The notes beneath the pieces were generated by a model. It worked only from the letters and a program-made list of their open reading frames with translations, was not told where the DNA came from and searched no databases. Of a stretch of DNA of 64,000 nt, positions 36,998-47,155 are shown piece by piece. A program made the position numbers and the translations under genes. The stretch is from a virus (lineage: Duplodnaviria > Caudoviricetes), in IMG/VR virus record IMGVR_UViG_3300014204_000113, positions 96,001 to 160,000 of that record, one strand, 5' to 3'. Position 1 is the stretch's first letter. Each line of letters opens with the position of its first letter.

Positions 36998-39729
36998 TAT
37001 GTTTCTCCCAAAAATCTTACGAGCGTTAAGGCAGTGTCCCGGCTACCCTGGTCAAGATTTACTTCTTTAGTTCGGACCTGATAGTTTTGCGCCTCATCAT
37101 TCAGCAACTCATCCCGGAGACTTACTGTATCGGTCATTAATTCCAACCTAGCGCCAGCAAGTGACATACTTACTGGTTCAATAATGTCTTTGGCTGAAAG
37201 GAACTTGAGCAACAGTTCAGCCTTGGCAGACATAACGTCCCGAATTTCGCAACATACCATGTCATCCCAGGTACAAGAAAGAGATGTCCCTTGTCCCCCA
37301 GCCTCCTGGATTCCGGCCAGGTAAAACAAGGAGGGGTTTCGGGCATACCAACCATAAACCACAGAGACAAAGGCATTAACCTCAGTCAAATCTATGGTCT
37401 GACTATTTTCCCATTTATTCGAAGCCGTGAGTGCCAGTACCGGGCCAACCGGCGGGGTTCCAGCGTAAGGAATTATCTTGATTTTCCCGGAGTCCATGAA
37501 AAACCAGTACATCATTCTAGAACAGATTTCTTTTATTGCATCAGAGGCAGATATTCCCAGATTAGCAATGTCTTTGAGCCCCCGTTTTTCCAGACTCCCA
37601 CCTTCAAATCTCGAATGGATAATGTCATCAGGTGCGGCTATATATGCATCAGATAGGACATCAGCATCGATATAATCTGTCAGGCCATAGGTTGCTAAAA
37701 ATGCTTGGATTCCCGCTAAACTTTTAGTACAAGTCAGCCACTCGTCTACCATGTCATCAAAGACGGAAAAGGAAGCTAACTCTGATAATCCGTTTAAAAT
37801 AATTACCCCTAGATGGTCTAGGGCATGGCGCCCTCCGGCATGTTCAACCACCCGGATAAGCACATCCCCATCTGGATCAAAATCAGGGTCGGTAGATTCA
37901 AACTGGACCATGCCATATTCAGGATATCGAGTAAGCGTCTGAGTGTAGGCCCCCCCCTCAACTGTCTTGCTTGCGGGTTGCGCCAGATTATCAATGTATA
38001 TCGGGCCAATGGATTCAAACGGACCACCATATACTTGATAGGCGTTATGGTAATACTTCGACCTGATTTCAAGATCATCAAAGTCAACAGTCCATGATTC
38101 AGACACTGCACTAGTAACAGCACCTATTCTGAATTTCATAGGAGAAGCTGCGGAAAAATCAGCACTGTAATTCATCACCACGTCGCCGTTAATCCACAAT
38201 ACTGCGCGCCCTGTTGTAACTGGTGAATACCACATAGCAAATGTTAATGGCACATCAAGGTAAGCCAAGATGTTGAAATCACATTGACCACCTGCGTTAG
38301 TATAAATCGCTCCGGTTTCGTCTACATACACATAAAAATAAGCTGAAACTCCAGTAGCATCGACAATACTTAGGATAGTAGTGTTAGCAGAAGTTGGTGT
38401 AGTCGGAGCCACTACAACTCTAAAAGTTCCGGTAACAAATATCTCCCCCGCCGACCCTAATGATAATTCTCCGTATGCTGACTGACTAGCCCCTGTGACT
38501 TCACATCTGACTGCTCTGTTTCCGGTAAGTCCTGGGGTTATCAGTGAAATAACCCCCCCACCAGCAGCAACTATATGATCCAGTTCGTTAAAATTGTTTT
38601 CCTCAAAATAGGCAGACCGGGCAATGGGGGCAGGGGACCAACCGGACACCGCCTGGCCTTCACAGAGAAATTCCCCGAGAATGAGAGGGTTTGGGGTTCC
38701 ATCCGCAGCAGGTAAGGCAATCCGTTTTTTAAGGCAATCGCTGATAAAATCCTCTGCGTACACTTCAACATTATTTGGCGACCCTACAGCCCTAGTCACT
38801 GGTCCCCATTGCTTCACCAAACCATGAAACAGAGTGATGAACTCAGTGAAATTATCTGCCATCCATTCGTCTTCACCCCACTCAGAGGTAAACCAACCAC
38901 CTTTTGACCAGCCGAGTTGAATTTTCAGTTGGAGATTATACCAATCCTGTCCTGCCAAAAAGAAACTGCTTTTGTCTGGGGAAAACAAAGGGGTCGGGGT
39001 TTTGACATATTGAATTTCTTCACCAGGGACTATTACTGTAACCTCATCAGAAAATTGGCGGTTATTTAACAACAACCCTGAATGTGATCCAGCCACCAGG
39101 TCATCAAATGCCGTGGGCGCTTCCATGGAAACGCTGCCAACTTGCTCAATATCCCGGACAATGGCAAATTCTCCCAGGGGTTCGATATCTTTCACATAGG
39201 TAAGCAAGTCCCCGGACACGTTCTGGTCTTCAGCATATCCTTGGTAGACACTTGCAAATATCGTATCCTCTGCCCAAGTGCTAAAATCATTGGTGGTGGC
39301 TAAACTTTCTTCAACCCAGGCCCGGACACCTTCTATAGTTATCTTAAATTGGTAGTAAGGATAAATAATAATCGTGTCACCAGATTCGATAGCAGTCCAG
39401 GCAGCGGCGGCAAAGGCCGTTATATCGTTGGCACTACGATAAAAAACAGCCAGGTCATATCCTGGTGAGTTCCAATCCCAAGTTATGACCGCCGGTGACG
39501 TAGGCTCCTGTAAATTAGAAATCAGCGCCTCTGATATCCAATATCCACCAGTAAAGCCATGAAAGTCAGCTTGGATTCGATCCGTGGATATAAAAGAACA
39601 CTCCACAAAATTACCATCGGCATTGACCCCGTTCGGCCAGATATAGGGCAAGAAAACAGCACGAACCGCTGGTTGTGCCCCAATGGTCAGAGCCTCATAT
39701 GCTATGAAATCTGCGCTAGCCAGGAGCAT
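36997..39729 (-). CDS. Large tail tip / baseplate hub protein
   Basis: 910 aa, acidic, second gene after the tape measure. Confidence 0.6.
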   Translation of the reverse strand: MLLASADFIAYEALTIGAQPAVRAVFLPYIWPNGVNADGNFVECSFISTDRIQADFHGFTGGYWISEALISNLQEPTSPAVITWDWNSPGYDLAVFYRSANDITAFAAAAWTAIESGDTIIIYPYYQFKITIEGVRAWVEESLATTNDFSTWAEDTIFASVYQGYAEDQNVSGDLLTYVKDIEPLGEFAIVRDIEQVGSVSMEAPTAFDDLVAGSHSGLLLNNRQFSDEVTVIVPGEEIQYVKTPTPLFSPDKSSFFLAGQDWYNLQLKIQLGWSKGGWFTSEWGEDEWMADNFTEFITLFHGLVKQWGPVTRAVGSPNNVEVYAEDFISDCLKKRIALPAADGTPNPLILGEFLCEGQAVSGWSPAPIARSAYFEENNFNELDHIVAAGGGVISLITPGLTGNRAVRCEVTGASQSAYGELSLGSAGEIFVTGTFRVVVAPTTPTSANTTILSIVDATGVSAYFYVYVDETGAIYTNAGGQCDFNILAYLDVPLTFAMWYSPVTTGRAVLWINGDVVMNYSADFSAASPMKFRIGAVTSAVSESWTVDFDDLEIRSKYYHNAYQVYGGPFESIGPIYIDNLAQPASKTVEGGAYTQTLTRYPEYGMVQFESTDPDFDPDGDVLIRVVEHAGGRHALDHLGVIILNGLSELASFSVFDDMVDEWLTCTKSLAGIQAFLATYGLTDYIDADVLSDAYIAAPDDIIHSRFEGGSLEKRGLKDIANLGISASDAIKEICSRMMYWFFMDSGKIKIIPYAGTPPVGPVLALTASNKWENSQTIDLTEVNAFVSVVYGWYARNPSLFYLAGIQEAGGQGTSLSCTWDDMVCCEIRDVMSAKAELLLKFLSAKDIIEPVSMSLAGARLELMTDTVSLRDELLNDEAQNYQVRTKEVNLDQGSRDTALTLVRFLGET

Positions 39730-40106
39730 TAGATTTCCTCAAAACTTACATCAAATGAATACAATTCTTCCCCATTGTAAAAAGCTTCTTCTGATGTTGG
39801 GGCTGGGCAATCCACCATCAATACTGTAGCATCAAGATTGGTTCCATCTAAATACAAATCTATAGGACATTGAAAATCCCAAAGTGTTAAAAAATAATCC
39901 TTTTGAGATTTTTCAACTAGAGTAAAAGATAAATCATATTTCTTTTTTGTTGGCCCTGAATATCTAAGACTAGTTCCATCAAAAGTTCTGACATCATCAT
40001 TAAGATTTATTCTTGTTCCTGGACTATGGCCGAAATCAAAGTTTTGTGGGAAAATATATGTAACTTGATCTGGATCGCCAGATGGGTAAATGAGTTTTCC
40101 ATTCAT
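39729..40106 (-). CDS. Distal tail protein-like
   Basis: 125 aa immediately after the tape measure; RTFDG...YDLSF...FEEI pattern. Confidence 0.55.
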   Translation of the reverse strand: MNGKLIYPSGDPDQVTYIFPQNFDFGHSPGTRINLNDDVRTFDGTSLRYSGPTKKKYDLSFTLVEKSQKDYFLTLWDFQCPIDLYLDGTNLDATVLMVDCPAPTSEEAFYNGEELYSFDVSFEEI

Positions 40107-40113
40107 GTTTTAT

Positions 40114-43100
40114 TTATCTCCCACTACCAATACTTTGACCACGATTACCAATTTCTTTATTAATCGCTTTAACGATATGTTTTGCATCCCGTTGATAATC
40201 AGCTTCAGTTGCTTTGTATCTATAAGTTGGAGAATGAGTTACATTAATATTATAAGCATTAGAAGTACCACTACCATTTCCACCTACTTGACCATTATTA
40301 AGCATATCAAAAGTGATACCCTTTCTTGAATACAAGTCCATTGTTGACCGTTTAATGATACCTTCACCTACTTGAGCCTTTATCATTCTCTCGTCTACCA
40401 TCAAACCAGCATGAGCAACGCCATAACCTACAACACCACCAGTGTGATAACCTTCAGTATATCCACCACCAGTAGATTGCATACCAGGACTAGCACCTAA
40501 ACCCGAGCTTCCTCCACCGCCCCCCATATTACCAAACATCATAGTGGCAACAAATGCGGCGGCCGCGGCTATGGGAGCAGCAACAACATTAAATGGAAAA
40601 GGTACTGCTTCCCAGACTGACCTAAATGCAGCAGCAGCAGCCCTACCAGCATCCATCAAAATTGCTGCTTTAGCTAACGCAGAAAAGATTTGAATTGCCT
40701 TAAGAGCGAAACCAATTATACCAACTATTCTTGAAGTATTACCTTCAACGCCAGCAGCAGTCATAAGACCTTGTGCTACACCCCAAATACTAGTCATATT
40801 CTCTGTCATATCAGTAAATGAATCTTGGTAATCATTTATATAATCAGAAGTAAAAGCATCTTGGTTATTTTGTATCCAATCGCCTTGTATATCACTATAA
40901 GTATCTCCTTCTTTAATCCACCCTTTAAAAGAAGAATCTACTAATCTATCAGTCTTCCTCCAATCTTTTTGTAATCTATTGTTGTCTCTAATCAATTCAT
41001 CAAACGGACTCTTAGTTCTGAATTGTTTAGATAATTTAGTAAGTCCGCCAAGTTCACTACTAATATCATCATCCTTATGTCTCCCGCCAATTGAATAAGC
41101 TGTCTTTTTAGCTTTCTTCATTGTTCTATCAAACTTAGAATCAGGTAATATGGATTTATCCAATCCTGGCATATTAGCTACTTCTACATACATCGGATTA
41201 GTTTTAGTCCCTAGAACACCTTTACCAAATAATGAACTTAAAAAACTTCCTTCTTCTTTACCACTAGATTTAACAGGATTTAATAACCCTCCAATTAAAT
41301 CAAAACCTCTAGAAACTCCCATCTTCATTATTTGTTTAACAAAAGTTTCGCCTAAATCCCAAAACATATCTTCAAGTATTATTTTCTTTCCTCTAATACT
41401 ATCAATAAAAGCTGTGCCAGCCATATCTCCTATTCCAGATTCAAGATTGTCCATTAATGCTTTGAAATCAGCAGCACCACGTTTACTTGCTTCGTTAGCT
41501 CTTTCTACTCCATAAATTTTTGCACCGCCAGCAAATCCTTGAGTTTCCCATTTTTTCATTTCAAGTTGTAATTTTTCTGCTTCTTGACTTTGTTTATGAA
41601 GACTGCGTAAACGATCTTCATCAAAGCCAGCAGATTTCAAAGCGTATTCATTTTTCTTAATCCATATCTCCAATTCATTCAAACTGACTTTTTGTTGGAT
41701 ATTTAAACTTTCTTCCTGATATCTCAATTGGTCTGTGTATAACAAAGAATTGGAAGCAAGATTAGATATATGTTTATTTATTTCATTTAACCATGTATTT
41801 TGCTGTTCCAAAGGTCTGTTTTGTTGATTAATATTTTCTGCACGTTCTTTTTCTATTGCTAACAAATTATTGTTTTGTCTAAGTAAATTAGCAGTTCCTT
41901 CGTCTAATCCATTCAATCTAATCAATTGTTCTACTTTTGCTTGGTCAATCATAAGTTCAAAATTAAGTGCTTTTTTGCTATATTCATTTTGCTTTTCTGC
42001 TGGAATATTCATCGCAACTAATGTGCTATAAGAACTTTTCATAATTTCGTTTATTTTTAGAAAATTATCCATGGAAGCCTTATCTATTGCAAATGCTTGT
42101 TTTTTAGCTTCCATCTGTTCTTGAGGCATTCCAAGTTGTGTTGTCAATTTATTTTGTGCAGTACCTCTCATTCCCTGAAATTCACCAACAACTTTGGTTT
42201 GTGATTCATGGAAAGCAAGTGCTTTAGCAAGTTCTGTAGAAGGAAGGCCAGCAATATTTGTTTCTCGTCCAGCGCCCAATCTATTCATTAAAAACGTTAG
42301 ATATTCTTCGGTATTATTTTCATTGGGAGGAGCATATTGATAAATAAATTTTTCAAGGGAAAGTTGTTCTGATTGTCTTCTCTCCACTTGTTTTACGAGA
42401 GCACTAAAGCCAGCTTCAGCACTTGGGAAAGCGGTGAATTTGTTGCTTATAGGAGATACAAAACCTCCTTGTTCAGCTTGATATTGATATGGTTGGCCAG
42501 TTCCTTGGTTATAAGTTAATAAACCTGGATTGTTTAACGGTAAAGCTTTTCCTGATTTACTTCTATCTTCTGGAATGATAACTTGAAATTTATCAAGTCC
42601 AGTAGGTGTAGAAATAGAACTACCAATAAGTCCTCTCATCTCAGCAGCAAATTTATCTGTATTAAAACCACCTGCTCCTATCCCTAAAGATTTTTTTAAT
42701 TGATCTTCTCCAGTTGGAGGAACTTTTCCCAAATCAGTAACTTTTCCTATCAATCTGTCCAAACTATCAATAACGCTATCTATTTGTGTCATCCATGTTT
42801 GACCAAATTTTTTTCCAGCAGCGTCCATCACTTCGGAAGCAGTCTTGGCGTTTTCAATCAATTTTAAAAGTGGATCACCATTCAATTCATCCATAGCTCC
42901 AGCAGAAGGGGCAGTTTGATATTTCCTGACAAATTCTTCATGTTGTAATAAAATTTTCTTATATTGATTATCTAATGTTTCTGGCACACCTTCCAATGAA
43001 TAAGCATAAATTTCCCTGTTTCTTTTTTCAAATTCTTGAGCGATAATTTGATCGCGTATATCTTTTAATTTTTGTTCATATGATGAGGCAAGTTTAGTGG

Positions 43101-45084
43101 TTTCATTTTGTTCTTTCATTTTGAATATGGTTTTATCAATTTGACTGTTCATTTTAACAAAGTCTGAAATTATTCTATCCATGCTGTTGCCAGAAATATT
43201 GCTCAATTGGCTGTTAAAACTCACCATTAAAGAACTAGCTGTTTGGAGAGCCTTAATATTTTTATCGTCCCAAATATTCAAAGTATCTTTTGGCTGGGCT
43301 TGAAGAGCATTGTTTGCTCCTTCAAGCGATTTTTTATAAAGGTCTGCGTTCTCTTTCAAACCGTAAAAAAACTTTTCACTTTCCGAAAGATTTTTGTTGA
43401 TGTTAGACGTATTTTTATCAATGTCAGACGTATAAATTTCTGCCATCGCAAACGGGTCTCCCATCGCGGCGGCAGCAATCATCATAGAATCTCGATCTCC
43501 AGACATTAAACGCGAGACAGCAAAAGCACCAGCGCCTATTCCTCCACCTATGGCACCAACGGTTCCGCCGATCATACCTCCCATAGCAAAACCCAATATC
43601 GCCATTGCCGCAGGGTCTTTGCTAAAATCATCAACAAGGTTTTTCATTTTGCTTTTTACATTTTCTATATGATTGGAAACTGTATTCCCTAATAATTCAA
43701 AACCGCCAATGGCCTCTATGATGGGTTCTGTTAAACCTGGCGCTATATTAGCCGCCAAAGCGATTATTCCAGCAGAAAGAAGGGCGACAACAAGGGCCGG
43801 ACCAAGCCCTAAAGAAGTCATCGCCGTAATAGCAGTAGTGATAGCAGCACCTAGAGAAGCCATAACAACAACTATTGCCTTTCCTATAGTTGCGAAAGCA
43901 CCAACAGCGACTCCTCCCAATAATCCAAATACCCACATTAATGCTCTAACTGATAAAATAAAAGCAGTTATTTTTAATAAAATAATACTAATATCAACAA
44001 CAAGTTGAACAAAAACCGGATGTGCTTCATTGAATTCAGAAACCAACTTTGCAAATTCAGTAACATTATTCACAATGGCAATAATCCCAGAATCAATTCT
44101 TTGTAAAGAAGAAATTATTTCTGGGTTTAAGGTTATTTTTTTAGTTTGTTCATCAAATTTTATTGCCCAATTAAAAATATCCATCATCACTTGTTTCAAT
44201 TTCTCAAATGAACCAAGCGTTCCAGTCCCCATTAAATTCTGAAAAGCATCTTTCAAGTTTGAAAGAACTACTGTCCAATTGCTAAACGCTTGTTCTGCCA
44301 TCACAGCAAGAGAAGCAGTTCTGGTCATAAATTCGGTATAAAACTTTCCAGATGCTTGCATTTGTTTGATAGTGGTATTATCGAGTCCAAGACCTTCCAT
44401 TAAAGGTTTAACACGAGTCATCCTTGCTTGCATGACACCGGTTGTAAATGAACGAATTTCTTCATTCAACTGGTCCATAGGCACTTGAGCAATCTGGGCC
44501 AATTGAACGAAACGTTGGACAAAATCAACCATGTTTTCAAGAGGTACGCCAGCAGCCGAGGCGGGAGCCATCGCTTGCGTCATCGCTCTTAATAATTGAT
44601 CATAAGTCGCGGCGGTAGTAAGACCAGCATAACGCAACTTTTCTTGTATTATAGTTGCGTCTTTCATCGCCATATTGAAAGAATCTTGAGTTGAAACTAA
44701 ATTACCAGTTGCATCTCTATAACTATATAAAGAAGTAAGAAGAGCGGCAAGGGATAGTTTAGTATCTTCCAACATGGCATTAAATTCATAGCCAGCTTGA
44801 AATGCAGCCATAGCATTTTTTACTGTATAGAAAACAGCAGCAATAGATGCTAAGGTTCTACCAAATTTCAATAAATCATTTTGGAAACTATTGGTAGCTT
44901 CTTGCGCTTTTTTCTGGTTGTTAGAGAAGACAGTAGCACTATTACCAGCTTTCTTATGACCATCAGAAAGAATATTAGTGCTTTTAGCTGCCTTTTCAGA
45001 ACTGGCGCTAAGATTATTTAATTGGGTAGATGCTTGTTCCGCGCCGGTTGTTTTTATAGCTATGAGGAGGGATGCAATGTCGAT
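40114..45084 (-). CDS. Tape measure protein with an embedded NNPG-type lysozyme-like domain; probable ATC start at 45084 (ORF track gives TTG at 44871)
   Basis: Very long Ala/Gly-rich helical protein with hydrophobic segments, downstream of the tail chaperones; frame stays open 71 codons upstream to IDIASLLIAIKTTG with an AGGTGA RBS. Confidence 0.85.
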   Translation of the reverse strand: MDIASLLIAIKTTGAEQASTQLNNLSASSEKAAKSTNILSDGHKKAGNSATVFSNNQKKAQEATNSFQNDLLKFGRTLASIAAVFYTVKNAMAAFQAGYEFNAMLEDTKLSLAALLTSLYSYRDATGNLVSTQDSFNMAMKDATIIQEKLRYAGLTTAATYDQLLRAMTQAMAPASAAGVPLENMVDFVQRFVQLAQIAQVPMDQLNEEIRSFTTGVMQARMTRVKPLMEGLGLDNTTIKQMQASGKFYTEFMTRTASLAVMAEQAFSNWTVVLSNLKDAFQNLMGTGTLGSFEKLKQVMMDIFNWAIKFDEQTKKITLNPEIISSLQRIDSGIIAIVNNVTEFAKLVSEFNEAHPVFVQLVVDISIILLKITAFILSVRALMWVFGLLGGVAVGAFATIGKAIVVVMASLGAAITTAITAMTSLGLGPALVVALLSAGIIALAANIAPGLTEPIIEAIGGFELLGNTVSNHIENVKSKMKNLVDDFSKDPAAMAILGFAMGGMIGGTVGAIGGGIGAGAFAVSRLMSGDRDSMMIAAAAMGDPFAMAEIYTSDIDKNTSNINKNLSESEKFFYGLKENADLYKKSLEGANNALQAQPKDTLNIWDDKNIKALQTASSLMVSFNSQLSNISGNSMDRIISDFVKMNSQIDKTIFKMKEQNETTKLASSYEQKLKDIRDQIIAQEFEKRNREIYAYSLEGVPETLDNQYKKILLQHEEFVRKYQTAPSAGAMDELNGDPLLKLIENAKTASEVMDAAGKKFGQTWMTQIDSVIDSLDRLIGKVTDLGKVPPTGEDQLKKSLGIGAGGFNTDKFAAEMRGLIGSSISTPTGLDKFQVIIPEDRSKSGKALPLNNPGLLTYNQGTGQPYQYQAEQGGFVSPISNKFTAFPSAEAGFSALVKQVERRQSEQLSLEKFIYQYAPPNENNTEEYLTFLMNRLGAGRETNIAGLPSTELAKALAFHESQTKVVGEFQGMRGTAQNKLTTQLGMPQEQMEAKKQAFAIDKASMDNFLKINEIMKSSYSTLVAMNIPAEKQNEYSKKALNFELMIDQAKVEQLIRLNGLDEGTANLLRQNNNLLAIEKERAENINQQNRPLEQQNTWLNEINKHISNLASNSLLYTDQLRYQEESLNIQQKVSLNELEIWIKKNEYALKSAGFDEDRLRSLHKQSQEAEKLQLEMKKWETQGFAGGAKIYGVERANEASKRGAADFKALMDNLESGIGDMAGTAFIDSIRGKKIILEDMFWDLGETFVKQIMKMGVSRGFDLIGGLLNPVKSSGKEEGSFLSSLFGKGVLGTKTNPMYVEVANMPGLDKSILPDSKFDRTMKKAKKTAYSIGGRHKDDDISSELGGLTKLSKQFRTKSPFDELIRDNNRLQKDWRKTDRLVDSSFKGWIKEGDTYSDIQGDWIQNNQDAFTSDYINDYQDSFTDMTENMTSIWGVAQGLMTAAGVEGNTSRIVGIIGFALKAIQIFSALAKAAILMDAGRAAAAAFRSVWEAVPFPFNVVAAPIAAAAAFVATMMFGNMGGGGGSSGLGASPGMQSTGGGYTEGYHTGGVVGYGVAHAGLMVDERMIKAQVGEGIIKRSTMDLYSRKGITFDMLNNGQVGGNGSGTSNAYNINVTHSPTYRYKATEADYQRDAKHIVKAINKEIGNRGQSIGSGR

Positions 45085-45092
45085 GGCGTCAC

Positions 45093-45545
45093 CTATTTCT
45101 TCTTCTTAGTCTTCTTCTTTTCAAAATCAGAAATAATTCTGAGATACTTTGCGTCCATTATACGAAGAAGTTGTATTTCCCAATTAGACAATTTTATGCC
45201 AGTCAACCTAGACCAAGCATCTATTTCACGATAATAAATTGGATTTTGACCCATGCCCACTTCGCGGCTAGAACCAAGTTCCAGAAAAAGTTGCCATAAA
45301 TAAGCGATGTCTATCGGCAAATCAAATTCAGGTCTTTGTGGAGCACCACTAATTGGAATGAGCAAATTAGGATTCATTTCCAATCTCTTTTCATGTTGCT
45401 CCACTAAGTCATGTTGGGAAATGCCATCTTCATTTGGATAATTAAATTTTACCCAAACTTCAACGGCATCTTCCAACATCAAAGTCAGTCCTGTAGGAAG
45501 TTCGCCCTGTCTTCGACAAACAGTTGCACTTGTTCTAAGAACCAA
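45093..45545 (-). CDS. Tail assembly chaperone, downstream (T-like) part; true start uncertain
   Basis: YLWQLFLEL.SSR..GMG.NPI.YREIDAW..LTG motif; overlaps the upstream chaperone in the -1 frame. Confidence 0.7.
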   Translation of the reverse strand: MVLRTSATVCRRQGELPTGLTLMLEDAVEVWVKFNYPNEDGISQHDLVEQHEKRLEMNPNLLIPISGAPQRPEFDLPIDIAYLWQLFLELGSSREVGMGQNPIYYREIDAWSRLTGIKLSNWEIQLLRIMDAKYLRIISDFEKKKTKKKK

Positions 45546-45889
45546 GGAAGTTTAGTCATCACCATTTTTACATTCTCAAAAGAACATGGTAAAGTAACAC
45601 CTTCCCATTCCACATTTTCCCATTTGAGAACCATCTTGGAAATCAGTTCAATGTTGTTAGCTCGATTTTCTTCCGCACTTAAATTCATGCGTACTTGATT
45701 TCTACGAACCATCTTTTTCATAGCTTTATTCTGCATAGATAGAGAAGTCTTTTGATACAAGTCTGAATCAATTCCAGCAACCCAGACCTTAGTAGGTGGC
45801 TCAAAAGATTGCTCAGTAATAGGATGGACAATTTCCATCTCAACACCTTCATCAGACGCAGAAGCTACACTTAATTTTGTGAAATCCAT
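45485..45889 (-). CDS. Tail assembly chaperone (G-like)
   Basis: Lies between tail tube and tape measure; HPIT...GIDS...WENV...ANF pattern. Confidence 0.75.
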   Translation of the reverse strand: MDFTKLSVASASDEGVEMEIVHPITEQSFEPPTKVWVAGIDSDLYQKTSLSMQNKAMKKMVRRNQVRMNLSAEENRANNIELISKMVLKWENVEWEGVTLPCSFENVKMVMTKLPWFLEQVQLFVEDRANFLQD

Positions 45890-45939
45890 AAAAATACATT
45901 CTCCATTTTTTTTGGTTTTTTAGATATTAGTTATCTTAT

Positions 45940-47097
45940 TTAAACATCGACCCTGGTAATCTGAGCAGTAAATCCATAAGTAGGTGAATAAATAGCTTGG
46001 AATGGCATCTTCAAAGTTATGGGTTTTTCATCACTTACAGCGTGGTCAGAACCACTAAATTTAACATTAGGAATGAAGAATTTGTAATATTCATCAGTTC
46101 CACCAACATCAAATTCAAGCAAAGAAGCAGTTTCATTCACGAACTTATTAATCATAGTAGAATCTTGAAAATATACTTCCACCGTACCAGTTATATTGCA
46201 TCTTCCAAGAACGATCTTTTGCGTGTATTGACTGCCAATAACAAAAGTGTCTTGTCCAGCATTATCTAAAGAGAAATCAATGCTAGTTATCAACGCTATT
46301 GCAGTCCCAGCCTCTTTAACAGTTCCAGTAAAGGTATCAAATGGTGAATCAGTCTGAGAAGCAATAGGTGTAGCATCTATAGAAACTGTAGCAATCGTAA
46401 CACTACGACCCATTATACTGAAGGTTCCAGTAACAATGTTGTTTGGTTTCAAACTGAGTGCAATTTTATTTACAACACCACCAGCATATCTTTCATAAAC
46501 ATCAATATCAGTGTATCCACGTTCAAAAGTGAAAGACCTATCAAGCACACCATTGGATAGAGAAGAAAGTCTTTTTACATTAACAGCAACGGTATTAGTT
46601 GCAGCTTTTGTACCCAATGTGGAATATCCCAAAGTCAAGGTATGAGTACCAGTAATGGCAGTGACAAGATGGACGCCATTTGTGGTTAAACCAGTGCCAG
46701 TAAAACCACTGACATAAATACAGTCGCCAGTTCCAAGATAACCAAAGGTGAGTGCGGAACTGTAAAGAGTTTTTAATGTGGTTGCACAACCCACAGTTGC
46801 CGCAGATTTTGAAGCCACAGTTTGCCAAGTGCCACAAAAACCTGCTTCAAAAAGTGGATCGTGCTCTGCCCAACTCAGTTCGATCCCCACGTCCCCCGCA
46901 ATCTTTTGAGTTCCTAATCTGTGGTCAACTATTTGGCGATCTGAACGCAATTCTTTGGATTGAAAAGCATCCCTTGTTAATTGTAATGAACAAGATGTGT
47001 GTCTTAGCTCAGTGTAAGTAGCTGGACTTGTTCCAAATGTCGTCTCAGCCACAGAATATAAAAGTTGATGGAAACTTCCGGCCCCTAGCTCCGTCAT
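45940..47097 (-). CDS. Major tail tube protein (siphovirus type)
   Basis: ETTFG...SKELRSDRQ...SFTFERGYTDI...ITGTVEVYF. Confidence 0.8.
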   Translation of the reverse strand: MTELGAGSFHQLLYSVAETTFGTSPATYTELRHTSCSLQLTRDAFQSKELRSDRQIVDHRLGTQKIAGDVGIELSWAEHDPLFEAGFCGTWQTVASKSAATVGCATTLKTLYSSALTFGYLGTGDCIYVSGFTGTGLTTNGVHLVTAITGTHTLTLGYSTLGTKAATNTVAVNVKRLSSLSNGVLDRSFTFERGYTDIDVYERYAGGVVNKIALSLKPNNIVTGTFSIMGRSVTIATVSIDATPIASQTDSPFDTFTGTVKEAGTAIALITSIDFSLDNAGQDTFVIGSQYTQKIVLGRCNITGTVEVYFQDSTMINKFVNETASLLEFDVGGTDEYYKFFIPNVKFSGSDHAVSDEKPITLKMPFQAIYSPTYGFTAQITRVDV

Positions 47098-47155
47098 TTT
47101 ATTAATCCTCCAAATAGTTTCTTAACTATTAAAATGTTGTTTATCATTTTGATAA

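Noticed and set aside
33649-38827. Many short + strand and alternate-frame ORFs over the tail genes
   Set aside because: Shadow ORFs, expected in the GC-richer block, opposite long coherent structural genes.
45480-45545. Programmed -1 frameshift between the tail chaperone ORFs
   Set aside because: The ORFs overlap in the expected -1 arrangement, but the junction (AGG GCG AAC TTC) has no canonical slippery heptamer and an ATG follows the stop, so the mechanism cannot be supported.
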